Part shown: piece after piece, positions 8,353 through 17,459 of the stretch
Layout of the letters: the number at the start of each line of letters is the position of its first letter
How positions within the stretch are numbered: position 1 is the first letter of the stretch
NCBI GenBank assembly: GCA_023415915.1
Contig: JAEZIZ010000083.1
Coordinates: forward strand, 23,329-87,328
Source of the DNA: Bacillota bacterium
GTDB taxonomy: Bacteria; Bacillota; Clostridia; Christensenellales; SZUA-584
Reading direction: 5' to 3'
DNA: 64,000 nucleotides
Translations under genes and position numbers: made by a program
Notes under the pieces: generated by a model
Databases searched by the model: none
What the model was told of the DNA's origin: nothing
What the model saw: only the letters and a program-made list of their open reading frames with translations

Positions 8353-9572
8353 TTTTCCCCCATAAACATATCAAGATTGGTTTTTATAGCCTTAATAAAC
8401 TCTTCGGTACCGACTTTGCGCTTGTTTTCCAAATTACTGAGCAGGTAAAGGTCGCCCGTCATTACGCCTTCCTCCTCTATCGTATACAGAGAGGCCTTCT
8501 CAAGCTTGTCGGCAAAGCGTATAAGCTCGTCGTTTCCGTCGAGCTCTCCGCGCTTGCGCAGCGCGCCCGTCCACGCGAATATCGTGGCCATGCTGTTGGT
8601 GGACGTCTCTTTGCCTTCCATATGCCTGTAATAGTGCTTCGTGACAGTGCCGTGGGCGGCTTCAAACTCATAATAGCCGTCGGGCGAAACAAGCACGGAC
8701 GTCATCATCGCGAGGCTGCCGTAAGCAGTCGCCACCATGTCGGACATTACGTCGCCGTCATAGTTCATGCAGGCCCATATAAACCCGCCCTTGCTTCGTA
8801 TTACGCGGGCAACGGCGTCGTCGATAAGCGTGTAAAAGTATACTATGCCTTCCTTGTTGAACTGCTTTTCATACGAACGCTCGAACACTTCCTGGAATAT
8901 ATCCTTGAACCTGTGATGATAGTGCTTCGATATAGTGTCCTTAGTCGCAAACCATATGTCCTGATGCGTGTCGAGCGCATAGTTGAAGCAGCATTTAGCA
9001 AAGTTTTCAATGGACTCTGTAGTGTTGTACATGCCCATGACTACTCCCCCGCGCTCGTTATACGTAGCTATAGGCCTTCTTGTTTCGCTGCCGTCCTTTT
9101 TTGTAATTACGAGCTCGGCGGTAGCCGCGCCGTCTATAACGATGTCCTGAGCGCTGTATATGTCTCCGAACGCGTGACGGGCCACGGTTATAGGCTTCTG
9201 CCACGTGCTTACCGACGGCGATATGCTTTTTGCCAGTATAGGCTTTCTGAATACCGTTCCGTCGAGTATGGCGCGAATAGTGCCGTTGGGGCTTTTCCAC
9301 ATCTGTTTAAGCCCGTATTCCTGCACCCTTTGCATGTTAGGCGTTATCGTTGCGCATTTTACGCCTACGCCGTACTTTTTGATGGCGTTCGCGGCGTCGT
9401 GGGTTATGCTGTCATTAGTAGCGTCTCTCTCAAGCAGCCCCAAGTCGTAATACTCGGAGTTGAGGTTGACGTAAGGTTCTATAAGATAGTCCTTAATCAT
9501 CTTCCAGATGATCCTTGTCATCTCGTCTCCGTCTAATTCGACCAGAGGAACGGGCATCATTATTTTTGACAT
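8349..9572 (-). CDS. icd: NADP-dependent isocitrate dehydrogenase (eukaryotic-like IDH type, 407 aa)
   Basis: [21 protein letters not shown] and the overall length match the IDH1-like family. RBS AAGGAGAAG lies upstream. Confidence 0.9.
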   Translation of the reverse strand: MSKIMMPVPLVELDGDEMTRIIWKMIKDYLIEPYVNLNSEYYDLGLLERDATNDSITHDAANAIKKYGVGVKCATITPNMQRVQEYGLKQMWKSPNGTIRAILDGTVFRKPILAKSISPSVSTWQKPITVARHAFGDIYSAQDIVIDGAATAELVITKKDGSETRRPIATYNERGGVVMGMYNTTESIENFAKCCFNYALDTHQDIWFATKDTISKHYHHRFKDIFQEVFERSYEKQFNKEGIVYFYTLIDDAVARVIRSKGGFIWACMNYDGDVMSDMVATAYGSLAMMTSVLVSPDGYYEFEAAHGTVTKHYYRHMEGKETSTNSMATIFAWTGALRKRGELDGNDELIRFADKLEKASLYTIEEEGVMTGDLYLLSNLENKRKVGTEEFIKAIKTNLDMFMGEK

Positions 9573-9703
9573 AGCTTCTCCTTTATATGTAAAATTAAAA
9601 ACGGATTACTCAATCACGCGTAACATTCTAAAACAACAGACAAGAAAACACAAGCATATTTATAATTATACATCATACGCTGATATTCATTTAGTATGTA
9701 CTA

Positions 9704-9735
9704 CACCCCAAAAAGGCGTGAGGCTTTTTGGGGTG
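9704..9735. repeat. Single unit of the palindromic hairpin family
   Basis: CACCCCAAAAAGGCGTGAGGCTTTTTGGGGTG. A 12-bp perfect stem with loop GCGTGAGG, between the EF-G stop and the icd promoter region. Confidence 0.8.
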
Positions 9736-9799
9736 TATATAACATAACAGCCGCCCAAAGCGTTGAGCGGCTGCATAAGTTTATTCGTTATGAAGGTAT

Positions 9800-11878
9800 T
9801 TACGCTTCCTCTGCTTCCTTCTTTGCCGCTTCTATAACTTTTTCAGCGAGGTTGGCCGGCATCTCCTCGTAGCGCTCAAACGTCATAGTAAACGAGCCTC
9901 TTGCGTGGGACATCGACCGCAAGTCCGTTGCGTATTTGAATATCTCGGCGAGCGGTACTTCCGCCGAAACCTCCTGATTGCCGCCCACAGGGTTCATGCC
10001 GAGTATCCTGCCGCGGCGCCTGTTGATATCGCCTATTATGTCTCCCATATATTCGTCGGGTATCGTCACGACAAGCTTGTATATGGGCTCTAAAAGCACA
10101 GGGTTCGCTTCAGTGCAGCCTTTTTTATACGCAAGGCTCGCCGCTATTTTGAACGCCATTTCCGACGAGTCAACCGGATGATACGAACCGTCGTACAGCG
10201 TAGCGCGAAAATTAACCATTGGATAACCCGCGAGCACGCCCCTTGTCATCGCTTCGCGCAGGCCCTTTTCCACGGCCGGTATGTACTGACGCGGAACAAC
10301 GCCGCCGACTATCTTGTCAACGAACTCAAAGCTTTCGGTTGAATCAAACAACGGCTCGAACTCTATCCAAACGTCGCCGAATTGGCCGTGGCCGCCCGAC
10401 TGCTTTTTATGCCTGCCCTGCGCCTGCACCTTTTTCTTTATAGTTTCGCGGTAAGGAATCTTCGGGTCTGAAAGCTGGGCCTCTACGCCGAACTTGTTCT
10501 GTAGTTTCCTGCAGATGACCTCGAGGTGAAGCTCTCCTAAGCCGCTTACGAGCGTGTCGGACGTTTCAACAGACTTTACGACCTTGAACGAAGGGTCTTC
10601 CTCCTCAAGCCTGTGCAGCCCGGCAAATACCTTCTCCTCTTCGCCCTGCTTCTTTGCTGTCACCGCGAGGGATATCGCCGGCTCGGGGAACACTACGTCC
10701 GGGAAAATGACGGACTTACCCTCGTCGCACAGCGTTCCGCCAGTGTCTGTATTCTGCAGCTTAGCAATCGCTCCGATATCGCCCGCCGTGAGTTTATCAA
10801 CGCTTATCTGCTTCTTACCGCTCATTATATAAAGCTGGCCGAACTTCTCGCTCTTGTCGGTATTGCCGTTCTTTATTGCCTGGCCTGCCGAAAGCTCGCC
10901 GCCCAGCACTTTGAATATGGAAAGCTTACCCACAAACGGGTCAGTTACCGTTTTATATACCTGCGCCGCAAAAGGCTTTGAGGCGTCGGCGTTATATACT
11001 ATCTCCTCGCCCTTGGAAGTTTTGCCTTTAACATTCACTATAGCGTCGGGAGACGGCATATAAGAGACGAGGTTATCCAGCAGCAGCGACACTCCCGCAG
11101 CCTGAGCGGCGGAGCCTATAAACACAGGCACCACATCGCCCGAAGCTATGCCGACTTTGAGCCCCTTTATAATATCGTCTTTTGAGAGCTCTTCGCCCTC
11201 AAAATACTTCTCCATAAGCTTTTCGTCGTTTTCGGCGGCGTTTTCTATAATAGCGTCCCTTATAGACTTTGCTTTATCCGTAAGGCCCGCGGGTATCTCG
11301 GCTTCCTTTAATTTTTTGCCGTCGAACAAATAAGCCTTCATTTCCACAACGTCAACTATACCCTTAAAATTAAGCCCCTGGCCTATGGGCAGCTGCATAA
11401 CTGTTATATGCGTGGTATATTTTTCTTTGAGGCTGTCGATAACCTTGTCAAAATCCACGTGTTCCTTATCCATCTGGTTGATAAAGAACGCCTTGGCCTT
11501 CTTATGCGCGACGCACGAATCCCAGGCTTTTTCAGCGCCAACGGTTAAGCCGCCTAAGCCGTTAACGAGTATAAGGGCGCTGTCGGCAAGATAATATCCC
11601 GAAGTAGCGTCGCCTAAAAAATCGAAGTATCCGGGCGTATCGATTATATTGATTTTAACTCCCTTCCATTCAACGGGAGCCATTGAGGAGCTTATAGAAA
11701 TGTGACGCTTTATCTCCTCCGGGTCATAGTCCATTACCGTGTTTCCGTCTTCGGTCCGTCCCTGTCTGTCGATGGCGCCGCTTAAAAAAAGCATTGCCTC
11801 TGCGAGCGTCGTCTTTCCTTCTCCGCCATGGCCCACGAGTGCAATGTTTCTTAATTCGCCTGTCTTGTAATACTTCAT
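9800..11878 (-). CDS. Elongation factor G family GTPase (EF-G paralog, about 692 aa)
   Basis: NIALVGHGGEGKTTL (G1) and DTPGYFDF (G3) motifs, plus EF-G domain IV/V motifs. Start moved to the ATG at 11878 (MKYYK), preceded by GGAGGG; the track start lies inside that RBS. Confidence 0.9.
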   Translation of the reverse strand: MKYYKTGELRNIALVGHGGEGKTTLAEAMLFLSGAIDRQGRTEDGNTVMDYDPEEIKRHISISSSMAPVEWKGVKINIIDTPGYFDFLGDATSGYYLADSALILVNGLGGLTVGAEKAWDSCVAHKKAKAFFINQMDKEHVDFDKVIDSLKEKYTTHITVMQLPIGQGLNFKGIVDVVEMKAYLFDGKKLKEAEIPAGLTDKAKSIRDAIIENAAENDEKLMEKYFEGEELSKDDIIKGLKVGIASGDVVPVFIGSAAQAAGVSLLLDNLVSYMPSPDAIVNVKGKTSKGEEIVYNADASKPFAAQVYKTVTDPFVGKLSIFKVLGGELSAGQAIKNGNTDKSEKFGQLYIMSGKKQISVDKLTAGDIGAIAKLQNTDTGGTLCDEGKSVIFPDVVFPEPAISLAVTAKKQGEEEKVFAGLHRLEEEDPSFKVVKSVETSDTLVSGLGELHLEVICRKLQNKFGVEAQLSDPKIPYRETIKKKVQAQGRHKKQSGGHGQFGDVWIEFEPLFDSTESFEFVDKIVGGVVPRQYIPAVEKGLREAMTRGVLAGYPMVNFRATLYDGSYHPVDSSEMAFKIAASLAYKKGCTEANPVLLEPIYKLVVTIPDEYMGDIIGDINRRRGRILGMNPVGGNQEVSAEVPLAEIFKYATDLRSMSHARGSFTMTFERYEEMPANLAEKVIEAAKKEAEEA

Positions 11879-12111
11879 TATTCCCTCCACGATTACTACC
11901 AGTATGATGAAAACTTTACTGATCTCATAATTAAATCAATTCTATCAGAAAGGCTTTAAAAAATAAATAGATTTTTAACTTTGATATAGCATTAACAGAA
12001 AATCTGTGTAATAATGACATAAACGGCTTTACGGGCAATTTTTTTTACCGGATTGTGATCCCGTAAGCCGGTGTTAATTTTAAAGGCAACTTTAAGTCAA
12101 GGAGCGTGTTC

Positions 12112-12693
12112 ATGGAAGAGGGAAAGAAAAAATTGACCGATATGCAGCTGAGAATAGTTCAGGCAGTCGCGGGCGTGCTGTGCGCGGCGGCGCTGATGGT
12201 AACTATAGCGCTGTCTTCTCAGCTTCAGGGCATACTGTCGTATGCTTTTCTTGTGATATTTCTTATCATTACGTTCGGCCGCAGATGGGTTGAAAACAAG
12301 TACCGTATAAGGCTTAACTTTTTTAACCTTGTTCTTATAGACGGCATATTGGCGGGAATACTCATATTCGTCGTATCCATATTCAATAACCCGAAGGTAA
12401 CGACCGGGATTTCCGAAACGGCGGAGTTGCTGATAATAATAGGCATAGTACTTGTCATATTAGGGCTTGGCATTGCTTACCCGTATATCAGGTATCGTAA
12501 GCGCCTGGAAAACGGTACTGTCATACCTATACGCATACCTGAAAAAACGGAAGAGGAGCAGGAAGCGGAAAGAAATGCAAGCACGGCGTCCGGCGCGTCT
12601 TCAATTTACAAGCAGATGGCGGAGATGGCAAAAGAGCTGGAGGAAAAGGACAGCGCAAACAAGCCCGCGGAAAACGACGGAGAAAACCAATAG
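12112..12693 (+). CDS. Hypothetical membrane protein with an acidic C-terminal tail
   Basis: Four hydrophobic segments. RBS AAGGAG lies 9 nt before the ATG at 12112. No family recognised. Confidence 0.6.
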   Translation: MEEGKKKLTDMQLRIVQAVAGVLCAAALMVTIALSSQLQGILSYAFLVIFLIITFGRRWVENKYRIRLNFFNLVLIDGILAGILIFVVSIFNNPKVTTGISETAELLIIIGIVLVILGLGIAYPYIRYRKRLENGTVIPIRIPEKTEEEQEAERNASTASGASSIYKQMAEMAKELEEKDSANKPAENDGENQ

Positions 12694-12712
12694 TTTTAAG
12701 ATAAAGGAATGT

Positions 12713-12740
12713 AAAAACGCCCGCGAAAGCGGGCGCTTTA
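12713..12740. terminator. Bidirectional intrinsic terminator between convergent genes
   Basis: AAAAACGCCCGCGAAAGCGGGCGCTTTA. Confidence 0.8.
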
Positions 12741-12749
12741 GTTATCTTC

Positions 12750-13481
12750 TTATTTTTCAAATATGAATTCTGCCGCGCTTCCTTCGGCAAGCTCGCCGGA
12801 CGCAACACCTGCGTTCTCAAGTATTGCCTTAAGCTCGGTAAGGCTTCCTTCGGGTACGATAAACAAAACGCCGCTGTCGTCCTCCTGCTCGGGCGAAATG
12901 TCGTATTTGTCAAAAAACTCATAAAGAGCTTCGCGGAAGTTCTCCGACTCTTCGAAGGGTATCACTATTGACGCCACGGGCGCCTTGCCCATCTCTTTGC
13001 TTTCCGTGCTGCTGTCCTGTGCCGTACTGCCAAACGCCCCCTCTTCGGGCGCAAGTGATGCGGCGGGCGCGGCAGCCAGCTCGGGCGCTTCGGCAGGAGC
13101 GCTGTCGGCAGAAGCAAACTCCTGAACCAACGACTCTTTAAAATATGTCGAGCCGGTTGCTCCGTCGAGTGTTTTGTTGGGGAAAATGTCGGACGAGAAA
13201 ACAGCTATAAGCGCCAAAGCGGCGGCGAGCGCCGCGGAAGCGTATGCAAACACGGGAATCCTGCGCTTTTTAGCCTTTTTGATAGCGCCGAGCGCAAGAC
13301 CTGCCGGAGGCTCAAGCTCGTCCAGACTTGAAAGAGCTTTCTTCAGCGTAAGCGTTTTATCAAGCTCTATTTTGCAATGCTCGCACGAACGGATGTGTTC
13401 AAAAAGCCGCTGCGTATCGGCATCGCCCAGCATGCCGTCTGCATGCAGGTTTATATATTCAATTGCAGTTTGACAATCCAT
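12750..13481 (-). CDS. Anti-sigma factor with N-terminal zf-HC2 zinc finger and one TM helix
   Basis: CQTAIEYINLHADGML...HIRSCEHCKIEL matches the HxxxCxxC anti-sigma motif. TM segment is IPVFAYASAALAAALALIAVFS. No sigma factor gene lies directly upstream. Confidence 0.7.
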   Translation of the reverse strand: MDCQTAIEYINLHADGMLGDADTQRLFEHIRSCEHCKIELDKTLTLKKALSSLDELEPPAGLALGAIKKAKKRRIPVFAYASAALAAALALIAVFSSDIFPNKTLDGATGSTYFKESLVQEFASADSAPAEAPELAAAPAASLAPEEGAFGSTAQDSSTESKEMGKAPVASIVIPFEESENFREALYEFFDKYDISPEQEDDSGVLFIVPEGSLTELKAILENAGVASGELAEGSAAEFIFEK

Positions 13482-13678
13482 GACCACCCACATCCCAATA
13501 ATATAACATATAATCTGCTACCACTTTGACGTGTCAAACGACAATAAAGTTCCAAATACTATTATTCTTTTTGAAAATTATATATCAAACCCTTGTTTAC
13601 TACAATAAAAAGTTGGAAACAGGCTTGCGTCTGGATATGAAAACTTGTTGAAAATCCGATTAGGGATGCTTTATTAAG

Positions 13679-14284
13679 TTACGCCGTTTCAATATCGAGC
13701 GCCGAGGTCAATTCATAAAGGCGTTTTACGCTTTCCGGCGTCACATTTGATAAAAGCCAGCGTTCGGCGTATTCTTTCGGTACTATGAGCGGCATGCGGT
13801 GGTGTATTTCCTGCATTTGCGCGTTTGCGGCCGCCGTGAGTATTACGAACCTATAGTTCTTCTCCCCCGCCATGAAAAAAGAGCTGTAAAGGCCCGCAAG
13901 GTAGAAAAAGCTTTCTCCTTGCGGCCTTATAATATGCTTTATTTTACGCTTACCGTCGCTCTTCCACTCGTAAAAGCCGGTACACGGAATAAGGCACTTT
14001 CTATCCGGCACGCTTTGCCTGAACATGTTTATATTGAATACCGTCTCGCTGCGCGCGTTTATAATAAGCTGCTTCGACTGCGCCTTAGGGAACCCCCATG
14101 ACATTATGCCGGACTCGTACCTATCTTTAATCTGGGCCAGCACGGCAGCGTTATCGCCCGGGAAAACCTCGCCCGTCTTGACGTTTTGAGCGGCGTCTTC
14201 TCCCAAACGTGAGGCGATATCCTCAATTATGCTGCGCGCTTAGAAAATGTCCTTAATGTCGTCGAAAGCATACCTTCCGCACAT
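13679..14284 (-). pseudogene. SRAP / YedK-family (SOS-response associated peptidase) gene interrupted by an in-frame TAA at codon 15
   Basis: Own translation from the ATG at 14284 gives MCGRYAFDDIKDIF, then a stop (TAA, 14242-14240). The same frame continues as ARSIIEDIASRLGEDAAQNV and joins the tracked ORF 13679-14206, which carries the family motifs (INARSET, GFYEW). Confidence 0.75.
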
Positions 14285-14312
14285 GCCGCAACCTCCCGCA
14301 AAGCTTACCGCG

Positions 14313-16475
14313 TCAGCCGCATTTTGAGTACCCGCACGACCGGCATACTACGCAGCCGCTCTCGTGCTCCATCTTTGAACCGCACTCGGGGCATTTGCTG
14401 CCGTTGGCTGCTGCTTTTTTCCCTGAACTATCTCCGCGCAGTTCTACCACGCGCTCCAGCACCCTGCCTATCGCGTCCGGGCAGGACAGCACCTTAAGGC
14501 CGTTCTGACGCAAAGTGGAATGGCAGCGTATGCCGCGCAGCTGTTCTATGATGCTCTGAACGTCTAGTCCTGAGCGCAGCGCCATTGAAACGAGCCTGCT
14601 CGTAGCCTCCGACTGGGACGGGCATCCGCCTGCTCTCCCCACGTTGGTGAACACCTCGCATATACCCTTGCTGTCGTAATTGACGGTGACATAAAGGTTG
14701 CCGCAGCCTATCTTTATCTTCTCCGTTATACCGCGCGTTATCTCCGGCCGCTCTCTCGGCAACAGCGTTTCGCTTTTCTCCTCGGCTTTGCCTACGCTCA
14801 GCACCTGCCCTGATCTGCTGCCGTCCCTGTATATCGTAACGCCTTTAAGTCCCAACTTGTACGCAAGATCGTATACGGCCTTAACGTCTTCCACCTTGGC
14901 GCTGCGGGGAAAGTTAACCGTCTTCGAGACTGCGTTGTCAGTGTGGCGCTGGAACATGCTCTGCATCTTTATGTGATACTCGGGCGATATATCGTGCGCG
15001 GTGACAAACACAGAAGCTACGTCCGCGGGTATGCCCTTTATGCCGCGCAGCGTGCCTTTCTGCGCTATGTCGCGCATAAGCTCTTCGCTGTAAAAGCCGC
15101 GCTGTTTGGCTACGGCTTCGAAGTATGGGTGCACCTCCAACAGTTTGTCGTTGTCCATCACGTTCCTGACATAGGATATCGCAAATACCGGCTCTATGCC
15201 GCTGGAAGCGCCCGCTATAATAGATATCGTGCCTGTGGGCGCGATAGTCGTGACCGTAGCGTTGCGCATATGCTTTATACCGCGGCTTTTATATACGCTT
15301 TCTTCAAAGCAAGGGAAGTTGCCGCGTTTCTCGCCCAGTTCCTCGGACGTCTTGGCCGCCTGCTCTTTTATGAACGACATTATCTTATCCGCCGTGTCCA
15401 ACGCCTGATCGGAATTATATGGTATGCCCAGCTTGTAGAGCATGTCTGCAAAGCCCATAACGCCAAGGCCTATCTTTCTCATGCGCTTTGTCGTCTCGTC
15501 GATTATGGCGAGCGGGTATACGTTTACGTCTATTACATTGTCCAGGAAGTGTACGGCGGTCTTAACCGTACGGCCCAAGCCGTCGTAGTCGACACTCCCG
15601 TCTTTTACGAATTCATTCAAGTTGACAGAGCCTAAGTTGCAGCTCTCGTAAGGCAGCAGCGGCTGTTCGCCGCAAGGGTTAGTGCTCTCTATTTCGCCCG
15701 CTGAAGGCACGGGGTTTTCCGTGTTTATCCTGTCGAGAAACACTATGCCGGGCTCGCCGTTGCGCCACGCCATCTCCACTATCGTTTTATATACGTGCCG
15801 CGCGTCAAGCTTCTCGGTGACTTTTCGCGTAGCGGGGTCTATAAGCTCGTACTTACTTCCCGATATTACGGCCTTCATGAAAGCTTCGGTTAGCCCGACG
15901 CTTATATTGAAATTCGTAAGCTGTCCTGGGTCGCTCTTGCAGGATATGAATTCCATAATATCCGGGTGGTCGACGCGCAGTATGCCCATGTTGGCTCCGC
16001 GCCTCGTGCCGCCCTGCTTTACAGCTTCGGTGGAAGCGTTGAAAACCTTCATAAAGCTGACGGGGCCGCTAGCCACTCCGCCCGTAGAGTTTACGGACGC
16101 GCCTTTTGGGCGTATGCGCGAAAATGAAAAGCCGGTACCTCCCCCGCTCTTGTGTATCATCGCAGCGTTCTTCAGCGTGTCGAATATGCCTTCCATGCTG
16201 TCTTCTATCGGCAGCACAAAGCACGCAGAGAGCTGGCCGAGCTCGCGTCCCGCGTTCATAAGCGTAGGCGAATTGGGCAAAAACTTAAGAGACGACATCA
16301 GTTCGTAAAACTCCTCTTCGGTTTTACGCGTATCGCCGCCGTATTTTTCGTCCGCAGCCGCTATCGCGTGAGCTACGCGCCGTATCATATCCTCCGGCTT
16401 TTCGCAGACGCCGTCAGCGTCTTTCTTAAGATATCGTCTCTCAAGCACGAGCTTCGCATTTTCAGAAAGCACCAT
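14313..16475 (-). CDS. nrdJ: Adenosylcobalamin-dependent (class II) ribonucleotide reductase
   Basis: VLSENAKLVLERRYL, NPCGEQPL and the C-terminal CPECGS...CVVCRSCGYSKCG zinc ribbon. Start moved to the ATG at 16475 (MVLSEN), preceded by GAAGGTGA. Confidence 0.9.
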   Translation of the reverse strand: MVLSENAKLVLERRYLKKDADGVCEKPEDMIRRVAHAIAAADEKYGGDTRKTEEEFYELMSSLKFLPNSPTLMNAGRELGQLSACFVLPIEDSMEGIFDTLKNAAMIHKSGGGTGFSFSRIRPKGASVNSTGGVASGPVSFMKVFNASTEAVKQGGTRRGANMGILRVDHPDIMEFISCKSDPGQLTNFNISVGLTEAFMKAVISGSKYELIDPATRKVTEKLDARHVYKTIVEMAWRNGEPGIVFLDRINTENPVPSAGEIESTNPCGEQPLLPYESCNLGSVNLNEFVKDGSVDYDGLGRTVKTAVHFLDNVIDVNVYPLAIIDETTKRMRKIGLGVMGFADMLYKLGIPYNSDQALDTADKIMSFIKEQAAKTSEELGEKRGNFPCFEESVYKSRGIKHMRNATVTTIAPTGTISIIAGASSGIEPVFAISYVRNVMDNDKLLEVHPYFEAVAKQRGFYSEELMRDIAQKGTLRGIKGIPADVASVFVTAHDISPEYHIKMQSMFQRHTDNAVSKTVNFPRSAKVEDVKAVYDLAYKLGLKGVTIYRDGSRSGQVLSVGKAEEKSETLLPRERPEITRGITEKIKIGCGNLYVTVNYDSKGICEVFTNVGRAGGCPSQSEATSRLVSMALRSGLDVQSIIEQLRGIRCHSTLRQNGLKVLSCPDAIGRVLERVVELRGDSSGKKAAANGSKCPECGSKMEHESGCVVCRSCGYSKCG

Positions 16476-16489
16476 AATATCACCTTCGC

Positions 16490-16536
16490 AAACAATATAA
16501 TGTGGTTGGATATATATAATAATACAATATGTTGTT
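16490..16536 (-). promoter_or_regulatory. Candidate tandem NrdR boxes upstream of nrdJ
   Basis: AAACAATATAATGTGG (16490-16505) matches the remembered consensus ACACWATATATWGTGT at 13/16. ATACAATATGTTGTTA (16522-16537) matches at about 11/16. The boxes are about 32 bp apart, which is the typical phasing. Confidence 0.4.
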
Positions 16537-16562
16537 AAAAGCAAGAGATAATTTAAGCGTAT

Positions 16563-17345
16563 TTAAGGAGTGTAATTATCAAACAACTCGCGGAATTTGC
16601 TTATCTGGTCGCCGGACGAGTAGAACTCCACAGTGCCCTGCCCAGGCTTAGCGCAGCGCAGCCCGTTTTCGTCAAGTATCCGGCGAAGCTGTGCAGCCGT
16701 GCCCTCTTTGCCGTCAAAAACGCTGCAATCGGTGGAATATGCTTTGTCTATATAGCTTTTTATTTCGTTGCTGATAAACGAATAATGCGTGCAGCCTATT
16801 ACTACCGCGTCTATCTTCTCGTCCTTAATATGGGAAAGGCGCCTAGAGAGATATTCGTGTATCTCGCTCTCGCTCGTATGCGCGCTCTCTATCATCTCCA
16901 CAAGCCCGTTGCAGCCGACGTTTATAGTACAGTCCTTTGCATTAAGCCTGTCAAGCAGGCTTAAGTACCGCTGCTGCGATACGGTTGCGGACGTCGCAAG
17001 CACGAGTACTTTTCCGCCCTTCAACGCGCCGAGCGCCGGCTTTACCGCGGGCTCCATGCTGATTACGGGTATGTTGAACTCATCGCGCATACGCTTTACC
17101 GCCGCGCTGGTTGCCGTGTTGCACGCTATCACTATGGCTTTTACGCCCTTATCAAAAAGAAAACGCCCCGCTGCGAGCGACAGGGATTTTATCTCGTCCT
17201 CCGACTTTTCCCCGTATGGAGCGTTGGCATTGTCTCCGTAATATATGTAATTCTCATCGGGCATCAGCTTATATGCCGTTTTCAATACGCTTATGCCGCC
17301 TACGCCGGAATCGAAAAAACCAACAGGCTTGCAGTTATCGGACAT
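16563..17345 (-). CDS. murI: Glutamate racemase
   Basis: GFFDSGVGG, CNTA and GCTHY motifs. Start at the ATG at 17345 after GGGAGA. Confidence 0.9.
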   Translation of the reverse strand: MSDNCKPVGFFDSGVGGISVLKTAYKLMPDENYIYYGDNANAPYGEKSEDEIKSLSLAAGRFLFDKGVKAIVIACNTATSAAVKRMRDEFNIPVISMEPAVKPALGALKGGKVLVLATSATVSQQRYLSLLDRLNAKDCTINVGCNGLVEMIESAHTSESEIHEYLSRRLSHIKDEKIDAVVIGCTHYSFISNEIKSYIDKAYSTDCSVFDGKEGTAAQLRRILDENGLRCAKPGQGTVEFYSSGDQISKFRELFDNYTP

Positions 17346-17373
17346 TTTTTCTCCCAATATGATTTGTTGTCTA

Positions 17374-17403
17374 ATTATACCTTAAAGGGAGACTTTTTTT
17401 CAA
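17374..17403 (-). promoter_or_regulatory. Sigma-A-like promoter for murI
   Basis: Minus-sense TTGAAA, 18 nt spacer, TATAAT. Confidence 0.45.
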
Positions 17404-17459
17404 CTCCGATTGCGGCGACGCGGCAGCCGCCGTTTGCCCGAGGCGGCAAAAGCCGCTTT

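Noticed and set aside
8622-9536. Long antisense ORFs inside large genes (for example 8622-9536+, 14943-15635+, 24068-24895+, 39883-40803+, 53757-54611+, 57541-58203+, 51156-51761-)
   Set aside because: These are shadow ORFs opposite well-supported conserved genes. Their composition is biased (Arg/Ala/Tyr-rich) and they have no start context.
12024-12072. Long imperfect hairpin CGGCTTTACGGG...CCCGTAAGCCGG in the 5' region of the membrane-protein gene
   Set aside because: A single imperfect hairpin with a large loop, with no conservation evidence and no recognisable motif.
16476-16544. N-terminal extensions in the ORF track for nrdJ (23 aa), purC (26 aa), pyrD (15 aa), the thioesterase (16 aa), HAD (22 aa), murI, EF-G, the ABC permease and the lipoprotein
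   Set aside because: In each case an internal ATG preceded by a clear Shine-Dalgarno matches the conserved family N-terminus. The extensions overlap upstream genes, RBSs or repeats.
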